This document shows, one piece after another, positions 30,590 through 40,604 of a DNA stretch of 64,000 nt. The notes under the pieces were generated by a model. It did no database searches. It was not told the origin of the DNA and saw nothing but the letters and a program-made list of their open reading frames with translations. Source of the DNA: an uncultured virus (IMG/VR IMGVR_UViG_3300032167_006623) (taxonomy: Duplodnaviria > Heunggongvirae > Uroviricota > Caudoviricetes); the IMG/VR virus record IMGVR_UViG_3300032167_006623. One strand, 5' to 3'. Made by a program: the position numbers and the translations under genes. Every line of letters begins with the position of its first letter. Positions within the stretch are counted from its first letter, which is position 1.

Positions 30590-32640
30590 CCACCCTTTCT
30601 GTCGTGTTTAATACCTACATATAAGTCAGGCTTGAATACTATATTATCAACGCCCCTGTGCAGATAATTATTAACTGACTGAGGAGCGGTAATCAAAGCT
30701 TTCAAGCTGTTCGGCAGCTTGATACCAAATTCCTTTTCATAAAGCTCCGCATCAGCGGGAGCCATTGTGCTCGTAATAGTATAATCGGCTCTGATAGCCT
30801 GATTAAAGTCCAAATCCTGCATATATGCCGAAACATCATCATATATAAGGCAGGTGCGACCGCCTCGCTTATACAGGAAATCAAACTCACGTCTCAAGAA
30901 ATTCTTTACATCTTCGGAGTCAATATTATCACAACCGTGGAAAATAGCTACGTCTCCGGGACCAAGGCCCGATAATGCATGAGTAATAACATTGACCATC
31001 TGAGCCATCGCAATACCCTTACCACGCTGTAAAAGCTCGTGAAAATCATAAATCACACGGGTTTTATCGGTAACTGTATCGAATACATCACTTGTAACTG
31101 TATTGAACAAGTCACCGTTGGATGTAAGCATTGACTTGAAAATAGTCTTCAGGATACCATAAGCGTGTACCTGTTCAGCATCAACAATGCTTGCTGCCAT
31201 GAGAGCCTTGTGCTTCTGGTCAAGGTTCATGACCAACTGCTCAAGTCTTGGTACCTGATTATGAGGAATACCGATAAGACGAATTTTATCACGATTAAAC
31301 TGAGCATTTTCAATCCACATACGGCTATCGATGTAGAACTGTGTCAGAGCTTCATCAAGTGAACCTCTGATAATCGTACGGTCATCATCCGTAGGCGGAG
31401 AAATCTGTTCGGTCATGATTTTGATTTTCTCAAGATGTCTTGGAAATGCCACAAGTTCATCTTCCACAGAACCGAACAGCTCGAACATGTTCAAGTCACC
31501 CTGTGTCATATTTACGAAATTCGTAAAGCTTTCGAACTTAGGTGAAATCATATTCATATCGACAGGTGATAACAGAAAATGTACTACCTTATGGTTGTTG
31601 AGCAATGCAGCCTGAGCGATTTTGGAACCCCATACATTGCTGCGGCGTACTCTTTCCTGATATCGGTCATCAAAAACGTTGTCGGCGATAACAATATTCT
31701 TAGGATAAAAGTCAATATCGAACAATACAGCCGAGTTATTTACGTCACCTGTCATGTGTCCGACAAATTCGCCGTCATGGTCTTCGATACCATGTGTTAC
31801 AAGATTGTAGCTTCCTGCATACTCTGTACTGGTGTAATAAAAACCAGTACCCAGTTTTGTATCATTGTTTCGCAGAAGCGTTGACAGTTCTTTCTTCTGT
31901 TCACCCTGATAGGGTTCAAGCGTAAGACTTGCAAAAGCGTCAATGTAATCCTTTCGTATCTGGTCAACTGCCGCATCCAGCTCTTTCAGAGATGGAGAGA
32001 TAACCTGAAGACGATAGTTTACGTGAAGATACGTAGCACCGTTCATAAGCTCCTGAGCAATAACATCCAAATCATTCATTGATTTACCCGCCTTGCGCTT
32101 TGTGGTATTCGTACCACCTCTGCCCTGCTCGCCTGCATTTGCTTCCGCTACTTTTTCAGCTCTTGTCTGATGCTCGCTTACCCATTCGTCAGATAAACGA
32201 TTTATCTGCTCGAATCTGATAACCTTGGTCGTTTTCGGCAGATTGTGCGGCAAAAGATTAAGCCCCCAGAACTGTCCGAATCGGTCAGCAGCACCGTTGT
32301 TATGAAACATTGCGAGAATACAAGTGAATGTATCGTCGTCAATTTTGATATAATCTGAGAAAAAAAGATAATGCTCACGAGGTCTCAGAACCAAAAGATG
32401 CGGATTATCTTCGAATGTGAATTCCTTTTTGGGTTTTTTAGGACCAAAAAGCTTTGCTAAGCCTTTTTTCTCAGGCTCAGGATAATCTTCATCGACATTG
32501 GTATCAACATCAACAGCTGATACATTGTCATCCGATTCAATCTTTATTTCATCCGTATCAGCAGATGTGTCATCAGACGGCATTGCTGTCGGTTCTTTGA
32601 TTTCATCTTCTGATTTTTGTTTTTTCTTGAATGGATTCAT
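30586..32640 (-). CDS. VirB4-like T4SS protein (degenerate Walker A)
   Basis: Position between VirB3-like and VirB6-like genes; PYQGEQ, AVLFD, LNMFELFG and RVIYDF landmarks; no GxxGxGK. Confidence 0.65.
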   Translation of the reverse strand: MNPFKKKQKSEDEIKEPTAMPSDDTSADTDEIKIESDDNVSAVDVDTNVDEDYPEPEKKGLAKLFGPKKPKKEFTFEDNPHLLVLRPREHYLFFSDYIKIDDDTFTCILAMFHNNGAADRFGQFWGLNLLPHNLPKTTKVIRFEQINRLSDEWVSEHQTRAEKVAEANAGEQGRGGTNTTKRKAGKSMNDLDVIAQELMNGATYLHVNYRLQVISPSLKELDAAVDQIRKDYIDAFASLTLEPYQGEQKKELSTLLRNNDTKLGTGFYYTSTEYAGSYNLVTHGIEDHDGEFVGHMTGDVNNSAVLFDIDFYPKNIVIADNVFDDRYQERVRRSNVWGSKIAQAALLNNHKVVHFLLSPVDMNMISPKFESFTNFVNMTQGDLNMFELFGSVEDELVAFPRHLEKIKIMTEQISPPTDDDRTIIRGSLDEALTQFYIDSRMWIENAQFNRDKIRLIGIPHNQVPRLEQLVMNLDQKHKALMAASIVDAEQVHAYGILKTIFKSMLTSNGDLFNTVTSDVFDTVTDKTRVIYDFHELLQRGKGIAMAQMVNVITHALSGLGPGDVAIFHGCDNIDSEDVKNFLRREFDFLYKRGGRTCLIYDDVSAYMQDLDFNQAIRADYTITSTMAPADAELYEKEFGIKLPNSLKALITAPQSVNNYLHRGVDNIVFKPDLYVGIKHDRKGG

Positions 32641-33626
32641 TATTCAGTGTCACCGTCCTTTTGTCCGTCATTATTACGTTCCATGACATCAGAAACTTCT
32701 TCAGCTTGTTTCTGTTTTGCCTTGTTACGGGACATGATTTCGATATTATCGTTATATTTTGATGTTGAATAAACAGTAGCCAATGCATCAAGAATTTCAT
32801 CATCATACAAGGGGATGCATCGTTTGATAAACAAACCTGATGAATCAAGCTCAGCTTGAATGGTAATCTTGGCAGCAAGAAGAGATTCCATTGAATCAGC
32901 CTTAATTATCATATACTGATGAATGGACTGATATTGCTTACCTACGACCTCTCTGAGCATAACAAGCTGATTATTGCACAGGTCATTAAGGTCATTATCG
33001 TTAAGCTTGAGCTTATTGTATCTGTACTTTACAGCAGCTGCCTGATTATAAATCTTCTGTGGCTCCTTAAGAGTCATAAAAATGAACTCAGTATTTGCAT
33101 CGATTTTGCGATAAAAATTATCAACAGCGTTGATAATCTGTTTTTTATCTTCATCAAACAGCAATACAGACGCTGTTCCCGTTACTCGGTACATATATCC
33201 GAAATGACGGTCTGCAAATTTAATTACACCTGATTTATCAATGCCTTTTATGTTACATATGTCAAGCATTGCGGTAGCAGGAACATCTCGTCTCGTAACT
33301 ACACGCCTGTTAGTTGGAACAGCTATGTAATTGAGCAAAGATATTATATTCTGAAAATTCATGCGTTTTGTTTTGTCGCTCATAAACAACAGTACCGTCA
33401 TTGCAAGCCACATACAAACAAAAACAGACTTCTGCACCATATTGCCAATAGACACCAATTCACTGGTTGCACATTTCATGCACAACACAGATGAAATAAC
33501 GGTGATAATGACAAACTTAATAGGCAGAGGTCTGAGACCGACACCATCCTTCTGAAGCGTTATTTCGGTATCAAACGCTGTCGAAAGCATTGGTGTTTTT
33601 ATTCCATATGATTGTTTTACAGCCAT
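32640..33626 (-). CDS. PrgI/VirB3-like membrane T4SS protein
   Basis: Two N-terminal TMs plus soluble domain directly upstream of VirB4-like gene. Confidence 0.55.
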   Translation of the reverse strand: MAVKQSYGIKTPMLSTAFDTEITLQKDGVGLRPLPIKFVIITVISSVLCMKCATSELVSIGNMVQKSVFVCMWLAMTVLLFMSDKTKRMNFQNIISLLNYIAVPTNRRVVTRRDVPATAMLDICNIKGIDKSGVIKFADRHFGYMYRVTGTASVLLFDEDKKQIINAVDNFYRKIDANTEFIFMTLKEPQKIYNQAAAVKYRYNKLKLNDNDLNDLCNNQLVMLREVVGKQYQSIHQYMIIKADSMESLLAAKITIQAELDSSGLFIKRCIPLYDDEILDALATVYSTSKYNDNIEIMSRNKAKQKQAEEVSDVMERNNDGQKDGDTE

Positions 33627-33749
33627 GAGTCAAACTCCTTGTGTCATTCAAATAGTCAGTATATCGCCGTCTGAATTTATTGCATTTTTATTATATCATA
33701 TTCTGCGGTTAAGGTCAACCCATAACCGCAGAAAAAATCGAAAAGCTAC

Positions 33750-35945
33750 TCAAAAACGAGGTACAATCTTCTTTTCATTGGCATCATACTTAAGATTGGC
33801 ATCAAAATTCTTGCCGGTAGACTTACTCTTAAGACCCTTTACAAAAATTTCTTCGCCGTCTTCAAGCTTCTTCTTCTCGTCATCAGTAAACTTATGACCG
33901 CACCAAGAGTTAGGTACTCCGCCGTTGCCGTTAGGACTATCAGCAAATCCTGTTCTTTCAAAGCCAACAAACTTGTTGCCGTTGAACTCCTGTTCAGTAA
34001 GCTTACCCTTTACGCCATATGTATTGCCTGTTTTAGCACTCACAAGTCCGTAAACGTTGATTTCTTCTCCTCTGAGAAGAGCTTCACATTCTTCATCTGT
34101 GAATTCGTGACCGCCCCATACTCGATTGAACTTAACGGTCTGTCCGTTCCAGATACCTTCATACTTCTGTTTCTGTTCTGCCATGGTTTTACCTGCTTTC
34201 TTTTGAATTGTCTGACCGTTTACGGTCATTGTTTTGAGGTCATCGATAACATAGCCCGCGATTTTTGCAAGACATCTGTCAGGGTCAGCCTTGCCTGAAG
34301 CAATATCACGCATATCCTGCTGCATTTCCTCTGTTAAGGCAATACTGCCGATATGTGTGTCGGGAAGCAGCCTGTAGCTGATTTCACCACACTCAGCCAT
34401 TGAAATTTTACCCTTTTTATCGATAAGCAGCGGATAAGTCGACTTTTCCGACGTAACATCCGCATAAGTGCTTGTTCTTGTAGCACCTGTACCAACATCA
34501 TGCTTGGCGAGCTGAGTCATCAGCCACTTCATTGTAGGAACAGGCGGCTTCGGAGGAAATCCTTCGTGAACAAAAGGATTTGCAAGTTTTCCTAAATGCT
34601 TGCTTGAATCATCTTCTTCATCATCGTCTTTATCGTTGAAAACAAGCTTCCAACCCATTGATACAGGAATTGATGATTTTGCTTTGAACGCAGGATATTT
34701 TTCAAGATAACCCTGTTCAGAATCATAGATGTAATCCTCTGCAAGCATTGCAAGATATGATTTGGCAAGAAGTTCATAAATATCAGCAGCACATGCTCCG
34801 AATGAGCTCAGAGCATCGAGACTGCTCGGAACATTCGGACCGGGTCGGTTTGCACCATGAGCACCGCCTGCCTTAACATGCGTACTTCTTGGCTGTCTGT
34901 GAGTCAAAAGACTCTTATCAACCCCGACAACAGCTGCTATTTTATCAGCCAAAGGAAGTAAATCATTGAACTGCTCCGGAGAAATAACCTTGTCTTCCGT
35001 TCTTGGATAGCTCACTATCTGTGCTTCATACATTTTCTGATACGTATCAAGCACCTGCTTTGCTTTGAAGCCCTTAGGTGCCAGCATAGCAGACAAGCTT
35101 GCCAAATCAAGAAGCTTTTTGGGAGCTGTTGACTTACGCTCTGTCTTTTCAAGCACTACGGGGCTTGAAGAATAGATATTGGGAACCTGAGACTTTTCAG
35201 GAAATACAGGCTCTTCGGGATTTGTATAGACATTTCCGTTCTCATCTTTGAAACGATTTGAATAAAACGGGATTTTCTTGTAATTTGCAACAGCTGCCAG
35301 ACCATCGCCGACAATACTTACCATTGCGGATTTAAGTCTTCCCTGTCTCACGATACTTCTGCCATCTCCGCAGGTAGTAGCAATTCGTGTAAACTGCATT
35401 GTAAGAAAATCAAATTTTGCTCTATACAAAGCCTTCCTGTAATCAGGATTGCCATAAAAATCAGAAATGATTTTGCGGTTTTTAAAGGCTTTCTGAATTT
35501 CAGGAACAGATTCATCATCGAAATACATTCTTGAGATTCTCTTTTTGGTAAGCTTCAGCTCTTCGATTACCTCATAAGCAAGAAGCTCACCCTCACCCGT
35601 AGGGTCAACGTCCGTTGCAATTACGATTTCATCGCAATTTGAGAGAACTGTTTTGAGATTCTTAAGAACATCACTGACGCCCTTTTTCTTGACACGCTGC
35701 CAAGAAAAATCATTTTCATTCCACGGCAGGTTCCTTACATCCCAAGATTTATACTTTTCGGCCTTGGATGCATCAACCATGTCATTTGGCTGAGCAAATT
35801 CATAAACATGACCGAGAGCATGGACGATACGATAATTCGTATTATTGAAATTACCTGTCATGCCACCCAAGGCTGTAGAGAAATTACGAGCAGCACTGGG
35901 TTTTTCACATAAAATGCCGACCATTGCAGTCTTCCTTTCTGTCAA
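33750..35945 (-). CDS. topB: type IA DNA topoisomerase (TopB-like)
   Basis: CEKPS, ATDxDxxGE TOPRIM, QGRLKS, SYPRTE catalytic Tyr, GTGATR; C-terminal repeats. Confidence 0.92.
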   Translation of the reverse strand: MTERKTAMVGILCEKPSAARNFSTALGGMTGNFNNTNYRIVHALGHVYEFAQPNDMVDASKAEKYKSWDVRNLPWNENDFSWQRVKKKGVSDVLKNLKTVLSNCDEIVIATDVDPTGEGELLAYEVIEELKLTKKRISRMYFDDESVPEIQKAFKNRKIISDFYGNPDYRKALYRAKFDFLTMQFTRIATTCGDGRSIVRQGRLKSAMVSIVGDGLAAVANYKKIPFYSNRFKDENGNVYTNPEEPVFPEKSQVPNIYSSSPVVLEKTERKSTAPKKLLDLASLSAMLAPKGFKAKQVLDTYQKMYEAQIVSYPRTEDKVISPEQFNDLLPLADKIAAVVGVDKSLLTHRQPRSTHVKAGGAHGANRPGPNVPSSLDALSSFGACAADIYELLAKSYLAMLAEDYIYDSEQGYLEKYPAFKAKSSIPVSMGWKLVFNDKDDDEEDDSSKHLGKLANPFVHEGFPPKPPVPTMKWLMTQLAKHDVGTGATRTSTYADVTSEKSTYPLLIDKKGKISMAECGEISYRLLPDTHIGSIALTEEMQQDMRDIASGKADPDRCLAKIAGYVIDDLKTMTVNGQTIQKKAGKTMAEQKQKYEGIWNGQTVKFNRVWGGHEFTDEECEALLRGEEINVYGLVSAKTGNTYGVKGKLTEQEFNGNKFVGFERTGFADSPNGNGGVPNSWCGHKFTDDEKKKLEDGEEIFVKGLKSKSTGKNFDANLKYDANEKKIVPRF

Positions 35946-36808
35946 TCATTTTTATCCTTGATTTGATTATATATTTCCCGACCTGTATTCAGCTCATCGA
36001 TATGCTTCTGGTCTTGTGATTGTTCACGCAATCTGTCAAGCATATCAAGACACTCAGGCTCTCGAAATTCATGTGTTTTAGGTCCTGTTCTTGGTGCCGT
36101 AGCACCATAACGTCTGTCAAAAGCCGTATAACAAGCAGCAAGCTCTGTTGAATACAGCAAATCAAGCTGTTTTTTATTCAATCTTTCAAGACGACTGAGA
36201 CGGTCTTCGATAGAATCCAGCTGATTTTCAGCGTCATAGGATTCTACAAGCTTCATGGCTTTATCGGAAATTTCACAGTCACCCTTTGTAAAAATATAAA
36301 CAGCCGCCGATATCAAATCAACTTTACTGGCACTACTCACAAACACTCTTCGAAGAGCATCCATAACAGATGTAGGCATATTCTTGATAAATTCAAAATC
36401 GGAATCATCGTTTAAATTTTTCTTTTGAACAGACTTCTTCTTATTTGTTTTCAAAGGTTTTGATGATTTTGAAACAACAGGCTGTTTTATTACAGTTTCA
36501 GATTCATCTGAAACATCCTCTTGTTCTTCAGAAAATACAATTTCTGTTTCATCAAAATCTTTCGTTTCTTCTGTTGTTTCATCTTCTTCTATTTGTTTAT
36601 CATCAGACGAATTCGACAAATCTTCTTCATTCAAAAACACGTACATGTTTTTGTCATCAACCTTGACTAAACCATTGATGAAAAGCTCTTCGATTTTATG
36701 CTCACGCCATAAATATTTTTCATATGCTGAAATTTTACTCGCAGGCATCTGAGATTCATACGGTTCAGGCAATGGTTTACTGAAATCATAATGTGGTTTC
36801 GTACCCAT
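35942..36808 (-). CDS. hypothetical protein, head of tra operon
   Basis: 288 aa, coupled to topB. Confidence 0.7.
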   Translation of the reverse strand: MGTKPHYDFSKPLPEPYESQMPASKISAYEKYLWREHKIEELFINGLVKVDDKNMYVFLNEEDLSNSSDDKQIEEDETTEETKDFDETEIVFSEEQEDVSDESETVIKQPVVSKSSKPLKTNKKKSVQKKNLNDDSDFEFIKNMPTSVMDALRRVFVSSASKVDLISAAVYIFTKGDCEISDKAMKLVESYDAENQLDSIEDRLSRLERLNKKQLDLLYSTELAACYTAFDRRYGATAPRTGPKTHEFREPECLDMLDRLREQSQDQKHIDELNTGREIYNQIKDKND

Positions 36809-36825
36809 AACATTAACCCTTTCTA

Positions 36826-37188
36826 TCAGATATCGTCATCAACATCGATATGTAGCTCCCCGTCATCATTTTCAAGAAGATAATTGTCACCTCTGGTGAG
36901 AGATAACAGACTATCAAAGCCCGAAACGGTTATTTTTTCAAGAGAGCCTACATTGCCTGACAAAACGTGAATAGCATCAATGAGCTGATTGAGTCTCTGA
37001 ATTTCCAATGCAGGTAAATCATAATCCTTGTTCTGATGAGCAATATAAAAACGAAGTGCTTCACGTAAAAGCTCATTTACGGACAATTCATTCTTCTTTG
37101 CCCAATAAGTAACAGATTCGTATAAATCGTCATCAACCAATGCTGTGAAACGATGTTTTCCCTTTATGTTTTCTTGTTTTTCTGACAA
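36826..37188 (-). CDS. ribbon-helix-helix DNA-binding protein
   Basis: RFTALVDDDLYESVTYWAKKNELSVNELLREAL; promoter TTGACA-N17-TATAAT at 37237-37265 (minus). Confidence 0.7.
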   Translation of the reverse strand: MSEKQENIKGKHRFTALVDDDLYESVTYWAKKNELSVNELLREALRFYIAHQNKDYDLPALEIQRLNQLIDAIHVLSGNVGSLEKITVSGFDSLLSLTRGDNYLLENDDGELHIDVDDDI

Positions 37189-37344
37189 TTAATTCAGTCC
37201 TTTCTCTGCTGCCGAAACATTTTGTCCATTGTATGTATTATAACACACATTTCCGAATGTGTCAAGATGTATTTTGCGAAATAACCTCATTTATCAGCCT
37301 GTTTTAAAATAATACAGCCATTATTACAATTTTACAATTCATCG

Positions 37345-37982
37345 GATTGTGACAGAATGTCTTATGTAGAGCGAAGCCTGTCCCTAATATTGTGACATAA
37401 GCAGAACAGTGAGAATAACTGTCGACCTCTTTGACGAGAAACGAAAGATGAAATTGGTTTGGAAAACTGTGTGCGTGACACTGAGGGTATCGAAAAGGCT
37501 TGTCACACTTTTTTTTGAAAACTTTTTTATATATAGGGAAGTAACACGGGTATGTGTGATTATACATAACGTAAAATGATGTTTTTATATATATTAATAT
37601 CCTTATATAAATGTGTGACATAGTGACAAATTAAAGAAAATATAGATATATAAAGAGAAATCTTGTCACACTTTTTGTCACAACCCTGTCACACTTTCCA
37701 ATAATTGACATAAAAAGTGTGACGGAAAACGTGATTTTTGTCACAGTGTCACACTTTTTTTCATAAACTTTTTTCTATTTACAGTTTCTTAATCATTTGT
37801 TAATCGTAAAATGTGGAAAATGTTGAAATTCATTGTGCAAAATGCTTACAGCATAATAAACAAAACAATACTCGTTGCCTATAATAAATGCAACACAATA
37901 ACGAAACAACAGTTCGATTACGAATTTGTCACACTTTTTGAAAAACCAAAAGTGTGACAAGATTTTAAGAACCGTGTGATAC
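37345..37982. repeat. cluster of TGTCAC(AC)/GTGACA direct and inverted repeats
   Basis: About 15 copies in non-coding DNA around AT-rich tracts. Confidence 0.8.
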
Positions 37983-38336
37983 AGCTCCTTATATTTAAGA
38001 TATATATTCTTATTATATGTAAATAGATGATTTAAGTCTGATTTATCAAAATCCGCCAAGTTGTCCTATTAAACGATACAACCATTTTCATCGAGTCAAT
38101 ATCGAGACGACTAACCTTCGTGAACAATGAAGCAAGCTTGTTATTAGAGAATTAATATTTGTTTTTATTGTGAATAACTATCTGTCACTCTGTCAATACT
38201 GATTGAATGATTGATATTTCTTTGATTATAACAACAATGATTATTTTCTCTGATTATTCACTTTGATTAAGAAACTTGATTACTTCTTGATTAGACAAGC
38301 CTCAAACCCTGTAAAATAGCCATTTTCAGAGATTTG

Positions 38337-39030
38337 AGGTGGAATGAAAATACATATCAAGTGGAAGAAAAATACACGATTTTAATTTTCAGGTGGAATG
38401 AAAATACAAGACAGATGGAATAAAAATACGAAACAAGTAGAATAATAATACATGACAGGTGGAGTTAAAATACACGACAGGTGGAAAGAAAATACGCCTA
38501 AAGTGGAAGGAAAATACAACATCACTGTTCAGATGGAAGGATAATACTCAATGTCCGTTAAAACGATATTTACGGAGCATATCCGTAATTATATACGTCA
38601 GTTTTTGATTCACTCCGTATTTATTTCCGTATTCGACAATTTCTTTCTTTTTTCAAATATTTATTTATTGATGTGGAAGGAAAATACACGACAGGTGGAA
38701 GGATAATACGATTGAGGTGGAAAGAAAATACGCCTAAAGTGGAAGGAAAATACACGAAATCACAATTATTTTATGTGTAAAGTAATTTACTTTACACAGT
38801 TTGAGCCTTTTTTAATTTGTCAGTTTCCCTCATTTTATGCTGATTTTTCAAATATATTATACAATTTTAAATTCTGAATATATATATTTTCAGGTGGAAT
38901 GAAAATACACATTCAAGTAGAAAGAAAATACATTTGATGTGGAAGGATAATACGTAACTGCTCCAAAAATCGACATATTGTGGAGTGATAATACATCGTT
39001 ATGATATTTTAGGTGGAATTGAAAACACCT
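38337..39030 (+). repeat. iteron arrays, replication origin
   Basis: About 18 copies of GTGGAAnnAAAATAC, mostly at 22-bp period, in three clusters with AT-rich spacers; DnaA-box-like TTTTCCACA at 39032-39040. Confidence 0.88.
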
Positions 39031-39066
39031 TTTTTCCACAATAACCCTTGATTTTTTACATAATAC

Positions 39067-40347
39067 GTGCTATTATATAAATATATCAAAAAGGGGTTGA
39101 TTATCATAGCCAATAAAAAACACGATAAAGACCGAAATATTGTTCTTGCAAATAGAATAGGCGGTTCCAACATGGTTCAGATGGCACAATTGTTATATTA
39201 TCAATTAATAAATGCCAATCTGTCGTTAATTGAACTCAAACTGATTGATGTTTATTTATCCAGAATAAACAGTCACGACCCTTCTGCCAGAGAAGTCGTT
39301 TTCAAAAAAGGCGAGCTTGAAAAGCTTTTTGGAGTAAAACGGATACAAAATGAAGCTCTTCATAAGTATCTCGATGACCTTATGAAGCTCCACGTTATCA
39401 TATGCAGTGAAAAAGAAGATGATAATATGTACATAGCTCATAAACAAAGTTTTGCTATGTTTAATGAATTGTATATGATTCTGGATAAATCAGACGGTTT
39501 ATGGACAGTGCATATGAAATGCGGCGATGATGCAGCTGCTCTTATTTTTAATATAGACAAAATAGGTTATTTGCAGCATGCTGTGAAAAATACGGCTAAG
39601 TTATCAACCATACATAGTTTTATGATTTATAAGTTTATTGAAAGTCATAGAATGAATAATTTACCTTATCCGCAGACTTTTACTGTTCCCCTTGATGATT
39701 TACGTAAACAAGTTAATTGTATTGACAAATACTCTACATTCCGAGATTTTAATAAATATGTTCTCAAGGCGTCTCGTACAGAAATTTTTGAAAAAACCAC
39801 CACACGTTTTGATTATGAGCTTGTATATTCAGGCAGATTTGTATCCAAGATAAAATTTACAATTCATGCAAGAGTTTCTGACTCCCCTGCTCTTCCTGAT
39901 AATACTCTTCTTGATAATCCTGTACAAAAAGAAATGCTGCTTCCTGATAACACAATCATAACCGAACCAAACAGTGTGATATCGGAAGTATCTGACGATA
40001 CGTCTGTTCCACAGCATTATTATTATGGCAACAGTTATGACTATGATGAACAGAGAAAGACTGAAAATCCTTCGGATTCATCGGAAATACCCAATACTAC
40101 AATAGCCGCTCTTGCTGCAGCCTGTAAAAATGAGTTTTCTCCCGGTCAAATGAAGGCTATTCTTAAGATTTTGTTATATTATTCTCTTGATGAATACGAA
40201 TTATTCAATTATCTTGAAAAAAAATATATCAGATTCGAAATGAAAGCTGAGGAAACTGTTATTAAAAATCGATTCAAATATTTTTACACGATGATTGACA
40301 ATGACAGAGAACAAGGCATTCTTGACGAAACTTTTCTTCAAATATAA
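39067..40347 (+). CDS. plasmid replication initiator, Rep_3/RepB family (start uncertain)
   Basis: LSLIELKLID, SFMIYKFI, VPLDDLRK, YSTFRDFNKYVLK, GRFVSKIKF motifs; directly follows iterons. Confidence 0.85.
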   Translation: MLLYKYIKKGLIIIANKKHDKDRNIVLANRIGGSNMVQMAQLLYYQLINANLSLIELKLIDVYLSRINSHDPSAREVVFKKGELEKLFGVKRIQNEALHKYLDDLMKLHVIICSEKEDDNMYIAHKQSFAMFNELYMILDKSDGLWTVHMKCGDDAAALIFNIDKIGYLQHAVKNTAKLSTIHSFMIYKFIESHRMNNLPYPQTFTVPLDDLRKQVNCIDKYSTFRDFNKYVLKASRTEIFEKTTTRFDYELVYSGRFVSKIKFTIHARVSDSPALPDNTLLDNPVQKEMLLPDNTIITEPNSVISEVSDDTSVPQHYYYGNSYDYDEQRKTENPSDSSEIPNTTIAALAAACKNEFSPGQMKAILKILLYYSLDEYELFNYLEKKYIRFEMKAEETVIKNRFKYFYTMIDNDREQGILDETFLQI

Positions 40348-40604
40348 TATTTTTCATGGCTCTTGATATTATTTCAAGAGCCTGTTTTTATAATGTCTGT
40401 CGTAAACGACAGACGGTTTTCTGCCAAATCGTTATCAGATATGACGAAAACCCGATTATTACCATTATTTTTATCGGAAAATGCTTGACACAAGTGTTAT
40501 TGCGTGATATAATCAGATATATGAGATTACACTCATAAATGAGGATAATCTGCAATAACCAAACGTATATGATGACGAAAATTAAGACAAAGGAGTTTTT
40601 AACC

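Noticed and set aside
37304..38059. ORFs 37304..37621 and 37793..38059
   Set aside because: Fall in the repeat field, no RBS, unprotein-like composition
38337..39030. Regular repeats as a CRISPR array
   Set aside because: 22-bp period with very short spacers, degenerate units, next to a Rep gene and no cas genes: these are iterons
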